Of a DNA stretch of 64,000 bases, positions 22,935 to 33,782 are shown in pieces. The position numbers and the translations under genes were made by a program. Every line of letters starts with the position of its first letter. Within the stretch, counting starts at the first letter, position 1. The notes under the pieces were generated by a model. That model ran no database searches. It was not told the DNA's origin and saw nothing but the letters and a program-made list of their open reading frames with translations. The stretch is from assembly GCA_963716255.1 (NCBI GenBank), contig OY970303.1, positions 5,920,001-5,984,000 of the forward strand. Direction: 5' to 3'. The stretch is from an uncultured Gemmatimonadales bacterium. Lineage in GTDB: Bacteria; Gemmatimonadota; Gemmatimonadetes; Longimicrobiales; Longimicrobiaceae.

Positions 22935-24533
22935 ATGGCGCTTCGCGACCGCTTCCGCGGTTCATCCGTAGCGGAAAGTCTGGCGCTCCGCGCTGCCGGC
23001 GACCCCAGCCGCACCTTCGTGGTGCTCGGGGACCGGAGACTCACCTACCAGCAGGTCGACGCGCAGTCCACGGCCCTCGCGGCCTCGCTCCACGAGCTGG
23101 GGATCGAGGCCGGGGACCGGATCGCGCTGAACCTTCCCAACTGGCCCGAGTTCGTCGTGGCGATGTTCGCGGCGGCAAAGCTCGGGGCCGTCATCGTCCC
23201 GCTGAACCCGCGCTACACCTCGCCCGAGCTGCAGTACATGCTGCGCCACTCGGAGACAGTGGTGGTGGTCACGGCGGAGAACTGGGGCGGCGTGGACTAC
23301 CTGGCGCGCTTCGAGAGCTTCCTCACCTCCCTCCCCGACCTGCAGTACGTGGTCTCGGTGGGCGAGGAGGACCTCTGGTACGACGATCGCATCTACCAGT
23401 TCGAGGACCTGCTGTCCAGCGGCGAGGGGCGCGAGCTCCCGGCCGTGCAGGCGAGCCCGGAGGACGTGTTCGCGATCCTGTACACCTCCGGCACCATGGG
23501 CAAGCCCAAGGGGGTTTCGCTCACGCACGCCAACCTGCTGGAAACGGCCGCCGCCACCTCGGAAGCGGTCGGCATGGTCGCGGACGACGTGGTCTTCGGC
23601 GTCAACTGCCTCTTCAACATCTTCGGGGTCGGCCCGGGGGTGCTGGGGACGCTTGCCGCCGGGGCCACGCTGGTCCTCCAGGAGGACCAGGACCCCGTGT
23701 GCTCGCTGGAGATCATCGAGCGGGAGCGGGTCACGGTGCACCACGGGGTGCCCACCACCTTCATCACGGAGCTGCGGGCGCAGGCGGAGGAGGCGCACGA
23801 CCTTTCCTCGCTGCGCACCGGGATCGTGGCGGGTGCCCCGGTGCCGGAAGAGCTGGTGGGGCGCCTCCAGCGGGAGATGGTCCCCGAGGTCCGCATCGGC
23901 TACGGGATGACGGAGACCGGCTCCATGATCTCGCTGACCCGCGCCGACGACCCGGTCGGAAAGCAGATCCGGACGGTGGGCCGCCCGCTGGACGGGGTGG
24001 AGGTGCGGGTGATCGACACCGACGGCTCCGTGCTCCCCGAGGAGTCGGTGGGCGAGGTGGCGATCCGGGGCCCCGGCGTGATGAAGGGGTACTACCGCCA
24101 GCCGGGGGAGACCTCGCACGCCTTCACCGCGGACGGCTTCTTCCTGACCGGCGACCTGGGGATGGTGGACGAGGAGGGCTACCTCCACATCATCGGCCGC
24201 AGGAAGGAGATGATCATCCGCGGCGGGTTCAACGTGTACCCGCGCGAGGTGGAGGACCGGCTGCACGCCCATCCCGCGGTGCTGGACGCGGCGGTGGTGG
24301 GGCTCCCGGACGAAGTGCTGGGAGAGATGGCGTGCGCCTGCATCGTACCCGTCGAGGGGGCGATCGTCACCGGCGAAGAGATCAAGGATTTCTGCCGCGA
24401 GGTGATGGCGGACTACAAGGTCCCCGACCTGGTCCGCTTTCTCGACAGCTTCCCGATGACCGGGAGCGGAAAGGTCCGCAGGGTGGAGCTCGCGCGCATG
24501 ATCAGCGCGGAAGAGTCGAGCCGCCGACCGTGA
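22935..24533 (+). CDS. long-chain fatty-acid--CoA ligase family (class I adenylate-forming enzyme)
   Basis: YTSGTMGKPKG, GYGMTE, TGDLG, GRRKEMIIRGG, GSGKV. Confidence 0.9.
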   Translation: MALRDRFRGSSVAESLALRAAGDPSRTFVVLGDRRLTYQQVDAQSTALAASLHELGIEAGDRIALNLPNWPEFVVAMFAAAKLGAVIVPLNPRYTSPELQYMLRHSETVVVVTAENWGGVDYLARFESFLTSLPDLQYVVSVGEEDLWYDDRIYQFEDLLSSGEGRELPAVQASPEDVFAILYTSGTMGKPKGVSLTHANLLETAAATSEAVGMVADDVVFGVNCLFNIFGVGPGVLGTLAAGATLVLQEDQDPVCSLEIIERERVTVHHGVPTTFITELRAQAEEAHDLSSLRTGIVAGAPVPEELVGRLQREMVPEVRIGYGMTETGSMISLTRADDPVGKQIRTVGRPLDGVEVRVIDTDGSVLPEESVGEVAIRGPGVMKGYYRQPGETSHAFTADGFFLTGDLGMVDEEGYLHIIGRRKEMIIRGGFNVYPREVEDRLHAHPAVLDAAVVGLPDEVLGEMACACIVPVEGAIVTGEEIKDFCREVMADYKVPDLVRFLDSFPMTGSGKVRRVELARMISAEESSRRP

Positions 24534-24664
24534 CCGCTCCCACATCCACAACCGAGGCCTAGAGCCTCCACGACGAGACCCCTCCAGCCGTCCCCCGCCG
24601 CCGCCGAACCGGCCCGGGGTGAGGCGGAGGGGTCTCGCCGCAAACAAGGAAAAAATTGCGAGAG

Positions 24665-27454
24665 ATGAACCGGAGACCGTACAGCGCCATCTATGCCGGC
24701 GCACAGACCCACACGCACGCGCCCAACGCGGCGCTGCTGATCGACTTCGACAACGTCACGGTAGGAATCCGCAGTGACCTGGGCAAGGAGCTCAAGGCGC
24801 TCCTCAACTCGGACATCATCCGCGGCAAGGTGGCGGTGCAGCGCGCCTACGCGGACTGGCGGCGCTACCCGCAGTACATCGTGCCGCTGACCGAGGCCTC
24901 GGTCGACCTGATCTTCGCCCCCGCCTACGGCACCTCCAAGAAGAACGCCACCGACCTGCGCATGGCGGTGGACGCGATCGAGCTGGTGTTCACGCGGCCC
25001 GAGATCGGCACCTTCATCCTGCTCACCGGCGACTCCGACTTCTCCAGCTGCGTGCTGAAGCTCAAGGAGTACGGCAAGTACGTGATCGGGGTGGGGATGC
25101 GGGAGTCGTCGAGCGACCTGCTGATCCAGAACTGCGACGAGTACTACTCGTACCACTCGCTCTCGGGCCTGACGCGCGCCTCGGTGGGCGGGCAGGCGAT
25201 GAGCGAGGACCCCTGGATGCTGGTGGCGCAGGCCGCCCGGCAGATGGTCAAGGACCGGGACGCCATGCGACCGGACCGCCTCAAGCAGGTGATGCTGACG
25301 TTGGACCCGGGCTTCGACGAGAAGAAGCTGGGCTACAGCAAGTTCTCGCGCTTCGTGATCGACGCGGCGAACAAGGGCCTCATCCGCCTGAAGCGCGGCC
25401 ACGACGGGCAGCACGAGATCGCCCTTTCCGAGGACGACGGAACCCTGCCCTCGTCGTCGGCAGCCGCGCCGGCGGCGCCGCGCGAGGCCGCCGAGCCGCG
25501 CTACGAGGACCGGCCGCGCGAGCGGGACCGCGACCGGGGACGCGACCGGGGCCGGAACGGACGACGCGGCGGGCGCGACCGCGACCGCCGTCCGGACGCG
25601 CCGCCGCCGGCGGTGATGCCCGCCGTGATGGTGGAGACGCCGGACCACGGCCCCACCGAGCCCGAGGTGGTGGGGGTGCTGGAGCAGGTCAAGGGCGCGG
25701 AGGTGGTGGCGGAGCCGGTGTCCAGCCTGGACGGGGCGTACGCGCTCCTGCAGCACGCGGCGCGCTCGCTGGTGGGACGCGGCGGCGCGGCCCGCGACGC
25801 GGACGTGAAGCGCAAGATGCTGGAGATGGCGCCGGGCTTCGACGAGACCGGGCTGGGCTTCAGCAAGTTCTCGCGCTTCCTGCGCCAGGCACACGACGCC
25901 GAGGTGATCGACCTGCGCCGCAACGAAGACGGGAGCTACGAGGTGGCGCTCCCGTCCAGCGGCAAGCGGCTCGCCGCGCCGGACCTCCGCTACGCGGAGG
26001 GCGCTCCCGCCGCCGCGTCGGCGGAGCCGGCGCAGGCGGACGACGCGGCCACGGCCGCTCCCGCGATGGAGGCGGCGGAGACCCCCACCGGGGCTCCGGC
26101 TCGCGGCGGGCGCGGCCGGGGCCGCGGACGCCGCGGCGCGCCGGACGGCGTGCCGCCGATCCTCCCGGGCCAGGTGGCCGGGGTGGCGGCGGGTGAAGGC
26201 GCGGACGCCGGCGAAGTCGCCGCGGCGGAGGAGCCGGTCGCGGCCGGCCCGGTCGCCGAGGCGCTGGCCGAGGTGAGGGAGCCCGCCGCGGCTCCCGCGG
26301 CGGAGTCGGCGGAGACCGCCGCTCCGGCTCCGAGCGTGGAGGCCGCGGCGCCCGCCGCCGCCGAAGCGGCGGAAGGTGCCGCCGGCGGCCGGGTGAGCCT
26401 GCGCGGCCGCCGCGGCTCGCGGAGCCGTCCGGGCGCGCCGGAGGGTCCGCCGCCGCTCCTCCCGGGGCAGTCGGTCCCGTCCTCGCGCGCCGCGGCCGAG
26501 CCGCAGCCGCAGGCGTCGTCGCCCGAGGCCGAGGCCGCGCCCCCGGCCGCGGAGGAGGTGCCCGCGCTTCCCGCCGCGGGCGAGACCGTGGACGAGGCGC
26601 CGCAGGCGCAGGAGGAGGCCGCCGCCGAGACGCCGCGCAAGCGGAGCCGTTCGCGCGGCCGCGGACGCAAGGGACGCGGCGGCGACGCTGCGGACGCGGC
26701 GGAGCCGGATGTCGCCGAGGCGTCGGTTGTGGAGGAGGCTCCCGCCCCGGCGGAGGAGCCTGCTCCCGCCGCGCCCCCGGCCTTCTCGGCGGAGGCGCTG
26801 GGGCTGCCGGTCGGCGCGGCCGAGATCCAGGAGTACCTGGGCTCGTACAAGGGCGTCGGCAAGAAGACCGTGCAGTCGCTGACCGAGGCGGTGGGCGACG
26901 ACGTGTTCCGGGTGCTGGAGGAGGACCCGGACCGGGTGCGGCAGGTGCTCGGCGACCGGCGCGCCAACGCGCTGCTGGAGCAGTGGGCCGCCGACCGGGA
27001 CCGCCGCCGCGAGGAGCGCGCGGCGGAGGCCCCGGCCGCGCCCGAGGTCGTCCCCGCGGCGGAGGCAACGCAGGACGCCGCGGTCGGCCTGGCGGACGAG
27101 GACGGCACCGAGGGCTTCGAGGCCGGTGACGCCGGCGAGGCGGGCGAGGGCGGCGAGACCGCCGCCGCGGCCCGAAAGCGGCGCGGCCGCCGGGGCGGCC
27201 GCGGTCGCGGCCGCAAGACCGGCGGCGCCGACGCCGCGGGCGAGGTGCCGGCCGGCGAGGAGCCCGCGCCGGAGGCCCCGGCCCCCGCTCCCCCGGCACC
27301 CGAGGCGTCCGCGCCGGAGGGCGGCGACGAGGGCGAAGGTGAAGGCGAGGGCGGCGGCGACGCCGAGGGCGGCGAGGCGGCGGCGCGCAAGCGCCGCGGT
27401 CGCCGCGGCGGGCGCGGCCGCAGCAAGAAGAAGGATACCCCCGCCGCCGAGTGA
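24665..27454 (+). CDS. NYN (LabA/DUF88) ribonuclease with two OST-HTH/LOTUS domains, an HhH-like segment and long disordered Ala/Glu/Pro/Arg tracts
   Basis: [35 protein letters not shown]; twice PGFDE..LG(Y/F)[14 protein letters not shown]. Confidence 0.82.
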   Translation: MNRRPYSAIYAGAQTHTHAPNAALLIDFDNVTVGIRSDLGKELKALLNSDIIRGKVAVQRAYADWRRYPQYIVPLTEASVDLIFAPAYGTSKKNATDLRMAVDAIELVFTRPEIGTFILLTGDSDFSSCVLKLKEYGKYVIGVGMRESSSDLLIQNCDEYYSYHSLSGLTRASVGGQAMSEDPWMLVAQAARQMVKDRDAMRPDRLKQVMLTLDPGFDEKKLGYSKFSRFVIDAANKGLIRLKRGHDGQHEIALSEDDGTLPSSSAAAPAAPREAAEPRYEDRPRERDRDRGRDRGRNGRRGGRDRDRRPDAPPPAVMPAVMVETPDHGPTEPEVVGVLEQVKGAEVVAEPVSSLDGAYALLQHAARSLVGRGGAARDADVKRKMLEMAPGFDETGLGFSKFSRFLRQAHDAEVIDLRRNEDGSYEVALPSSGKRLAAPDLRYAEGAPAAASAEPAQADDAATAAPAMEAAETPTGAPARGGRGRGRGRRGAPDGVPPILPGQVAGVAAGEGADAGEVAAAEEPVAAGPVAEALAEVREPAAAPAAESAETAAPAPSVEAAAPAAAEAAEGAAGGRVSLRGRRGSRSRPGAPEGPPPLLPGQSVPSSRAAAEPQPQASSPEAEAAPPAAEEVPALPAAGETVDEAPQAQEEAAAETPRKRSRSRGRGRKGRGGDAADAAEPDVAEASVVEEAPAPAEEPAPAAPPAFSAEALGLPVGAAEIQEYLGSYKGVGKKTVQSLTEAVGDDVFRVLEEDPDRVRQVLGDRRANALLEQWAADRDRRREERAAEAPAAPEVVPAAEATQDAAVGLADEDGTEGFEAGDAGEAGEGGETAAAARKRRGRRGGRGRGRKTGGADAAGEVPAGEEPAPEAPAPAPPAPEASAPEGGDEGEGEGEGGGDAEGGEAAARKRRGRRGGRGRSKKKDTPAAE

Positions 27455-28062
27455 CGGTGGCGGGGAAGGGGGGGGCGGACCCGCGTCCGCTTCCCCCGGA
27501 GTTCTATGCCCGGGGCGCCGGGGAGGTCGCTCGCGACCTCCTCGGCGCTCTCGTCGTGTCCGGGATCGGGGGCGCGCGGTGCGTGGGCCGGATCGTGGAG
27601 ACCGAGGCGTACACCGGCCCCGACGACGAGGCCTCGCACGCGCACATCCGCTTCGGGAAGACGGTGCGCAACGCGGCCATGTTCGGCCCGCCGGGGATCG
27701 CCTACGTGTACCTCATCTACGGCATGCACTGGTGCCTCAACGTGGTCACCGGGCCCGAGGACTTCCCGGCCGCCATCCTGATCCGCGCGGCGAGGCCGGT
27801 GGAGGGGCTGGACTCCATGCGCGCCCGGCGTCCGGGGCGGCCGGACCGCGACCTGCTGCGCGGCCCCGGGAACCTGTGCCGCGCCCTGGGGGTCACCGCC
27901 GAGCACAACTTCCACCCGGTGCAGTCCGCCCCGCTCTGGGTGGCCTCCGGCGAGCCGGTGCCCGACGCGGACGTCGTGGCGGGCCCGCGCATCGGCATCA
28001 CCCGCGCGGCCGACGCGCCGCTGCGCTTCCGGGTCCGCGGCGATCCGTACGTGTCCAGATAG
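27451..28062 (+). CDS. mpg: DNA-3-methyladenine glycosylase (MPG/AAG family)
   Basis: [42 protein letters not shown]. Confidence 0.92.
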   Translation: MTVAGKGGADPRPLPPEFYARGAGEVARDLLGALVVSGIGGARCVGRIVETEAYTGPDDEASHAHIRFGKTVRNAAMFGPPGIAYVYLIYGMHWCLNVVTGPEDFPAAILIRAARPVEGLDSMRARRPGRPDRDLLRGPGNLCRALGVTAEHNFHPVQSAPLWVASGEPVPDADVVAGPRIGITRAADAPLRFRVRGDPYVSR

Positions 28063-28069
28063 GAGAACG

Positions 28070-28852
28070 ATGCGAGACAGCGACAACCTGATGGAGTTCG
28101 CGGTGCGCCTCGCCGGCAACGCCGGCTCGGTGACGCTGGACCACTTCGGCAGCGCCGCGGTGGAGCTCAAGGGCGACGGGAGCGAGGTGACCGCCGCCGA
28201 CCGCGCCGCCGAGGAGCTGGTGCGGAAGTCGCTGGCCGAGGCGTTCCCCGAGGACGGGATCGTGGGCGAGGAGGGCCAGGACGTGCCCTCGCGGAGCGGG
28301 CGCCGCTGGATCGTGGACCCCATCGACGGGACGCGCTCCTTCGCCTGCGGCGTGCCGCTGTACGCGGTGCTCATCGCGCTGGAGGAGGAGGGGCGGCCCA
28401 CGCTGGGGTGCTGCCACTTCCCGGCGCTGGGGGAAACGCTGGTGGCCGCGCGCGGGGCCGGGGCGTGGCACAACGGCAGGCCCGCCCGCATGTCCGGCGT
28501 GGAAGACCTGGCCTCCGCGCGGGTGGTGACCTCCGGGCTGGAGTACTGGCGCGACCGCTCCAGCGACGCCGACCGGGCCGGCTTCAACCGGCTGGTGCGC
28601 GCCACGCGCTTCTGCCGCACTTGGGGCGACGCGTACGGCTACTTCATGGTGGCCGTCGGCCGGGCGGACGTGTTCGTCGACCCGGTCTGCGGGGCGTACT
28701 GGGACTACGCGCCCATGCTCCCCATCTTCGCGGAGGCGGGCGGGCGCCTGACCACCTTCGCCGGGGAGCCGCTCTCTGCCTGGAGCTCATCCCTGGCCGC
28801 GAATCCCCGCCTGCACGAGGCCGCGGCCCGGGTCCTCGCCGGCGCCGGCTGA
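28070..28852 (+). CDS. inositol-monophosphatase family, probable histidinol-phosphatase (HisN-like)
   Basis: VTAADRAAE, GEE, WIVDPIDGTRSF, WGDAYGY, WDYA. Confidence 0.82.
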   Translation: MRDSDNLMEFAVRLAGNAGSVTLDHFGSAAVELKGDGSEVTAADRAAEELVRKSLAEAFPEDGIVGEEGQDVPSRSGRRWIVDPIDGTRSFACGVPLYAVLIALEEEGRPTLGCCHFPALGETLVAARGAGAWHNGRPARMSGVEDLASARVVTSGLEYWRDRSSDADRAGFNRLVRATRFCRTWGDAYGYFMVAVGRADVFVDPVCGAYWDYAPMLPIFAEAGGRLTTFAGEPLSAWSSSLAANPRLHEAAARVLAGAG

Positions 28853-28956
28853 GCGCGGCGGGGTAAGCCGCCACTCGCTTCGTGGAACGTCCCTTGCCGG
28901 ACCCGGGATCGTCCCGGACGCGGGGTCCGGGGCGGTCACGAGACCCGGGAGGAACC

Positions 28957-29172
28957 ATGGCGGTCTACAAGTCGCTGGAGCTGGTGGGGACCTCCCCGCA
29001 GGGCTTCGACGAGGCGGTTCGCGCGGCGGTGAAGCGGGCGGGGGAGTCCATGCGCGACCTGGAGTGGATGGAGGTGGTGGAGCAGCGCGGCTACATCAAG
29101 GGCGGGGAGATCAACGAGTACCAGGTCAAGGTGCGCGTCTGGTTCAAGCTGGAGGACGGCGGCGGCGAGTAA
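28957..29172 (+). CDS. dodecin family flavin-binding protein
   Basis: YKSLELVGTS..FDEAV..A...WMEVVEQRG...YQVKVRVWFKL. Confidence 0.88.
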   Translation: MAVYKSLELVGTSPQGFDEAVRAAVKRAGESMRDLEWMEVVEQRGYIKGGEINEYQVKVRVWFKLEDGGGE

Positions 29173-29193
29173 GCGGGTCCTCGGCTGATTTTG

Positions 29194-29230
29194 AAAAGGC
29201 CGCACCGTGGCTTCGCGGTGCGGCCTTTTG
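29194..29230 (+). terminator. intrinsic terminator
   Basis: AAAAGGCCGCACCG...CGGTGCGGCCTTTT. Confidence 0.8.
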
Positions 29231-29352
29231 CCTTTGCAGAACGTCGCGTCTTCGAGCGAGCGGGTTCACATGGGTCCATCAACATGCTTGGCCCACCCCT
29301 TGGGCCGGGCTAAATTACGCAGGTCCCTTTTCCGTCCTCGCAGAGGTGTGAC

Positions 29353-29592
29353 ATGGCCGATGCCAGACCCACTGCATTGCCTGATGGCAGTGTCGTTCAC
29401 AGCGATCCTGAAATTCTCTCGGGAACACCCGTGTTCGTCGGGACCCGCGTCCCTGTCCAGACACTCATCGAGTATCTGGAAGGCAGCTATAGCGTCGACG
29501 AGTTCTTGGACAACTTTCCCAGCGTGAGGCGTGAACAGGTCAACGCGTTTCTCGAGCAGGCCACACGGGCTCTGCTGGCTCGGGTCGCGTGA
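29353..29592 (+). CDS. DUF433-family putative antitoxin
   Basis: DPEILSGTPVFVGTRVPV...FLDNFPSV. Confidence 0.88.
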   Translation: MADARPTALPDGSVVHSDPEILSGTPVFVGTRVPVQTLIEYLEGSYSVDEFLDNFPSVRREQVNAFLEQATRALLARVA

Positions 29593-29915
29593 AGCGGGTA
29601 CTCCTCGACGAAAACCTTCCGCGCCTTCTAAAGAGAGATCTTCCGGAGTTCCACGTGTGTACCGTTGCGGATGCGGGATGGGCGGGGACAAAGAATGGAC
29701 GGCTTCTTCGTTTAGCGGAGAGCGAGTTCGACGTGTTCCTCACTGCCGACCGAAACCTCCCCCATCAGCAGACACTCGCTTCCCTGGACCTCGGTTTTGT
29801 CGTGCTGTCCGCGGGAAGCACCAGACTGGATGACCTTCGAGCGATCGCTCCACTGATCCGAAAGGCCATCATAGAGGTTCAGCCTGGTCAAGTCTGGTAC
29901 GTTCTGCCGACCTGA
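29589..29915 (+). CDS. DUF5615 / PIN-like putative toxin
   Basis: VLLDENLP, GWAGTKNGRLL, FDVFLTADRNL; 4-bp overlap with DUF433 gene. Confidence 0.85.
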   Translation: MKRVLLDENLPRLLKRDLPEFHVCTVADAGWAGTKNGRLLRLAESEFDVFLTADRNLPHQQTLASLDLGFVVLSAGSTRLDDLRAIAPLIRKAIIEVQPGQVWYVLPT

Positions 29916-29934
29916 TCGCTCCGGTGCCGACCGT

Positions 29935-31230
29935 TCAGTAGCCCGGCTCCTCCCGCAGCGGCGCCCCGCCCAGCACGATCACCGGGAGGGTGTCGCCCGC
30001 CTCGAAGTCGCCTCCCGGCTCCGGCACCACCAGCAGCCCGTCCGCCGCCGCCATGGAGGTCAGCACGCCGGAGCTCTGCGATCCCGTGAGCGTCGCGACG
30101 AGCCCGCCCTGCTCCCGGTGCAGCCGTACGCGCAGGAAGTTGGTCAGCCCCGGCTTCACGGAAAGGCGCCCGGTCAGACGCGCCGGCTCGACCGGGGGAA
30201 AGACGGCGCGGCGTCCGCACATGCGCAGTAGCGCGGGGCGAACGAACACCTCGAACGTCACCACGGTGGAGACCGGGTTCCCCGGGAGCCCGAACCAGGG
30301 GATGCCTCCGAGCCCCGCCACCCGCCCGAACGCCAGCGCCGATCCCGGCCGCGCGCGCACCCGCCAGAAGCTCACCTCCGTCCCCAGCTCCTCCATCACC
30401 TCGCGCACGTGGTCGTGCTCGCCCACGCTGATCCCGGCGGTGGTCACCAGCGCGTCGCACCCGCGCGCCGCCTCCAGCTTCGCGCGCAGGCTCGCGCGCG
30501 TGTCCGCGGCGATCCCCAGCACGCGCGCCTCCAGCCCCGACTCCGCGAGCTGCGCCGCGAGCGCATGGCTGTTGGACGACACGATCCTGCGCCCCGCCAG
30601 CACCTCCGCGAAGTCCTCCACCTCCACCAGCTCGTCGCCCGAGGCGAGCACCGCCACCAGGGGCCGCCGCACGGTCGCCAGCTCCACCCGCCCGAGCGAC
30701 GCCGCCACCCCGATCTCCGCCGCGCGCAGCGGCGTTCCGGCGCGCAGCACAGTCTCGCCGCGCCGCACGTCCTCGCCGCGGCTGCGGACGTTCTTCCCCG
30801 CGTCCGCGCCCGAGCGCACCTCCACCCGCCCCTCCGCCGTGCCGATCCCGCTCCCGCCGTCCGTGTGCTCCACCCGCACCACCCCGTCGGCGCCCTCCGG
30901 CACCGGCGCGCCCGTCATCACCCGGATCGCCTCGCCGGGCCCCACCGGCCGCGCGGGAAAGCGCCCCGCCGGCACGTCGTCCACCACGCGCAGCGCCACG
31001 GGCCGCTCCGGCGACGCGCCGAGCACGTCCCCGCTGCGGACCGCGAAGCCGTCCATGGCGCTGTTGTCCCACGGCGGCAGGTCCACCGGCGAGGCCACGT
31101 CCTCCGCCAGCACCGAGCCGAGCGCGTCCGCCAGCGGCCGCCTCTCCGCGGGGAGCGGCGCCACGCCGCGCAGGATCATCTCCCGCGCCTCGCTCACCGG
31201 AAGCCAGTCCGCCTCGCGCCCGCGGCTCAC
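29935..31230 (-). CDS. moeA: molybdopterin molybdotransferase
   Basis: PPWDNSAMDGFA, MTGAPVPEGAD, SGDEL, GLPGNPVS. Confidence 0.93.
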   Translation of the reverse strand: MSRGREADWLPVSEAREMILRGVAPLPAERRPLADALGSVLAEDVASPVDLPPWDNSAMDGFAVRSGDVLGASPERPVALRVVDDVPAGRFPARPVGPGEAIRVMTGAPVPEGADGVVRVEHTDGGSGIGTAEGRVEVRSGADAGKNVRSRGEDVRRGETVLRAGTPLRAAEIGVAASLGRVELATVRRPLVAVLASGDELVEVEDFAEVLAGRRIVSSNSHALAAQLAESGLEARVLGIAADTRASLRAKLEAARGCDALVTTAGISVGEHDHVREVMEELGTEVSFWRVRARPGSALAFGRVAGLGGIPWFGLPGNPVSTVVTFEVFVRPALLRMCGRRAVFPPVEPARLTGRLSVKPGLTNFLRVRLHREQGGLVATLTGSQSSGVLTSMAAADGLLVVPEPGGDFEAGDTLPVIVLGGAPLREEPGY

Positions 31231-31245
31231 CGGCCGCGCCGCCGC

Positions 31246-31929
31246 TCAGGACACCCCATCGTCCACCTCCCCGGTCCGGGCGATCTCCTCCGCGCGGGCG
31301 TGGTCCGCGGGAGTGTTCACGTTCAGGAACACCACCTCCGGCGCGCCCCACCGCCGCACCTCGTCCAGCGGCAGCCGCGCCGTGCGCACCCGCGCCAGCA
31401 GCTCCACCAGCCGCCGCTCCCCCGACTCCAGCATCCGCTCCGCCTCCGCCAGGCAGCGCACCGAGTAGAAGGCGCACAGCGGCTCCACGCCCCGGCGGCC
31501 CGTGCTTTCCGGCGCCACCGCGTCCGCGTCGCCCTGCGTCCCCCGCTCCACCAGGGCACGCAGCAGGCCGGAGGGGAGGAAGGGGAGGTCGCAGGCGACG
31601 CAGAGCGCCCCGGGGCGCCCCTCCTCCGCGGCCCAGCGCAGCGCCGCGTGCACCCCGCCCAGCGCACCCGCCCCCGGGAGCGCGTCCGGGCGCACGCGCG
31701 GCCCCAGCCCCTCGAAAAGCTCCGGCCGGTTGGCCACCAGCACCACCTCGCCGAGCGCCCCGCGCGCAGCCTTCACGACACGGTCCACCACGCGCGCGCC
31801 CCCCACCCGCGCCAGCGCCTTCGGCGAGCCGAAGCGCCGGCTCTCGCCCCCCGCCAGCACCGCGGCGAAAGGGGGGCGCGGCGCAGGGGTTCCCGCGTTT
31901 GCGCCGGATCCGGTGGCGGCCGGCGTCAC
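31246..31929 (-). CDS. mobA: molybdenum cofactor guanylyltransferase (start uncertain)
   Basis: VLAGGESRRFGSPKA, GALGGV, ACDLPF, EPLCAFY, FLNVNTP. Confidence 0.88.
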   Translation of the reverse strand: MTPAATGSGANAGTPAPRPPFAAVLAGGESRRFGSPKALARVGGARVVDRVVKAARGALGEVVLVANRPELFEGLGPRVRPDALPGAGALGGVHAALRWAAEEGRPGALCVACDLPFLPSGLLRALVERGTQGDADAVAPESTGRRGVEPLCAFYSVRCLAEAERMLESGERRLVELLARVRTARLPLDEVRRWGAPEVVFLNVNTPADHARAEEIARTGEVDDGVS

Positions 31930-32095
31930 GAGGCCGCGCGGGGTGGAATCGGCATGCGGCAAGCTACGCCGCCGCGGATCGGCGAACAAGCGCGCACGCC
32001 GGGCCCGGAACGGGACTTGCGCGCCGCGGACCGTCCCGGGCGCCCGCCGCGAGTGGCTGCGGCGGGACCCGTTCACCCGAGCGACGGAGGACCGC

Positions 32096-32995
32096 ATGGC
32101 CCGCTACGACCGCAACTACGACCGCGGCTACGGCGCCCGCCGCCCGCGGATCTGGGGCAGGGGGGAGGAATACTTCGAGTACGCCGAAGACGACGGCTGG
32201 AGCGCCCAGGCGGGCGGGCGCGGCTGGCCCATGGGCGGCGGTGGCGGCTCGTACGGCGGCCGAGGGTACCTGGGCGGCGGCGGACAGGGCGCTGCGCGCG
32301 GCTACGACCGGGGCTTCGGGCGGGGCTACGACCGCGACCGCGGCGTGTACGGCGGCGCGTACCCCGAGTTCGGCGGGGTCCCCGGATCCCGGCGCGAGGG
32401 GATGCCCCCTGGCGGGCGGAGCGCCGGCGGGCTGCGGCACCCCGATACCCTGGGCGCGTGGCAGCCGCGTCCGTGGGGCGGGGGCGGCTGGGCGTACGAC
32501 ACCGCGTTCCGGGGCGGCTTCGGGCGCGGGTACGACCGCGGCATGGGCCCGCGGCCCATGGCCCGCGGTGCGCGCCCCGGCGACTTCGCCCGCGAGACGT
32601 TCATGCCCGAGGCAGCCTACCTGCGGCACCCCGAGTATGAGACGCCCTCCACCTACCACCCGGAGCGCTGGGAGCGACCGGGCGAGTACGCCGCTCCCCG
32701 CGGGGAACCGCTCGGCGACGAGGAGATCCGGAGCGAGGTGCGGCAGCGCCTCCACCAGGACACCTGGCTCCAGGCCGACGAGATCGACGTCAGCGTCAGC
32801 GGCGGCGTGGTCACCCTGCGCGGCGAGGTGCACGACTTCCTGGAGGCCCGCTACGCCTGGGACGACGCCTGGGAGACCGAGGGCGTGCGCGGCGTCATCA
32901 ACCACCTGACCGTCCGCCCCGACGAGCCCGGCACCGAGCACCACGGCGACATGTTCGCCCAGGATACCGAGAGCAAGGGGGGCGGCAACGGCTGA
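32096..32995 (+). CDS. BON-domain protein with Gly/Arg/Tyr-rich N-terminus
   Basis: DEEIRSEV..RL..D...IDVSVSGGVVTLRGEV...GVRGVINHLTV; RBS GGAGG. Confidence 0.8.
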   Translation: MARYDRNYDRGYGARRPRIWGRGEEYFEYAEDDGWSAQAGGRGWPMGGGGGSYGGRGYLGGGGQGAARGYDRGFGRGYDRDRGVYGGAYPEFGGVPGSRREGMPPGGRSAGGLRHPDTLGAWQPRPWGGGGWAYDTAFRGGFGRGYDRGMGPRPMARGARPGDFARETFMPEAAYLRHPEYETPSTYHPERWERPGEYAAPRGEPLGDEEIRSEVRQRLHQDTWLQADEIDVSVSGGVVTLRGEVHDFLEARYAWDDAWETEGVRGVINHLTVRPDEPGTEHHGDMFAQDTESKGGGNG

Positions 32996-33018
32996 CGTTT
33001 TTCTTGGCTTCGGCGGGG

Positions 33019-33165
33019 CCGCTACGGAGCCCGGCGGTACTGCTGCCGGTCTCCTCCGCGGGCTCCGGGAGCCCCGGAAACAGCCCCGGGTCTCCCCTCG
33101 CCGGAGTGAGCCTCGCCAAACTGCCGGCGAGTCTCCCTCCGAACAGGATCATACGGGTACTGCGG
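33019..33165 (+). repeat. Structured repeat family A, copy A3
   Basis: Three hairpin modules, conserved termini. Confidence 0.9.
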
Positions 33166-33179
33166 AAACTGCGAACGGC

Positions 33180-33219
33180 AAAAGGCGCCCCCACCGATCT
33201 CCCGGTGGGGGCGCCTTTC
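33180..33219. terminator. bidirectional intrinsic terminator
   Basis: AAAGGCGCCCCCACCG...CGGTGGGGGCGCCTTT between convergent BON genes. Confidence 0.75.
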
Positions 33220-33273
33220 ACGTACTTCGTACTCCGTACTGCCGTTCACTTTCGCGCTCCCGCACTTCGTCCC

Positions 33274-33765
33274 TCAGTGCGCTTCTTCCGAGTCGTAGCC
33301 GTCCGCCATGGGGCGGTCGGGGGGCTCGTAGGCGGTGCCGTCCTCGATGGCGGCCTGCATGTCGCGGGTGCCGTACATCTCCGCGTCCAGGTCCTCCACC
33401 AGGTGGGCCGCCGTGTCGGACTGGCCGCCGAGGCGGCCGCCCAGCTGGTCGTCGAAGCCGGCTTCGTAGTCGGCCGCGTCGTCCGCGGCCTCGGGGACGT
33501 CGCCGCGCACCAGCTCGTCCACCACCAGCTCGTTGGAGAAGTTGGCGATCCCCATCTGCTCCACGATGATCTTTTCCACCACCTGCTTCTCCGAGTCCGT
33601 CCCCACCCGGCCGGAGACCGTCACGGAGCCGTCCTTCACCGCCACCTCGATCCACCCCGCGTCCAGCGTCGGGTCGTCGTTCAGCTGCTGGAGGACGACG
33701 TCGTAGACCTCGTCGTCCGTCATGTTCTCGAAGTCGAAGAAGAGCTCGTCGAAGTCCTGGGCCAT
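33274..33765 (-). CDS. acidic BON-domain protein
   Basis: DDEVYDVVLQQL..DPTLDAGWIEVAVKDGSVTVSGRV; alternative start 33777. Confidence 0.72.
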   Translation of the reverse strand: MAQDFDELFFDFENMTDDEVYDVVLQQLNDDPTLDAGWIEVAVKDGSVTVSGRVGTDSEKQVVEKIIVEQMGIANFSNELVVDELVRGDVPEAADDAADYEAGFDDQLGGRLGGQSDTAAHLVEDLDAEMYGTRDMQAAIEDGTAYEPPDRPMADGYDSEEAH

Positions 33766-33782
33766 CGAGGCCTCCATTGCGG

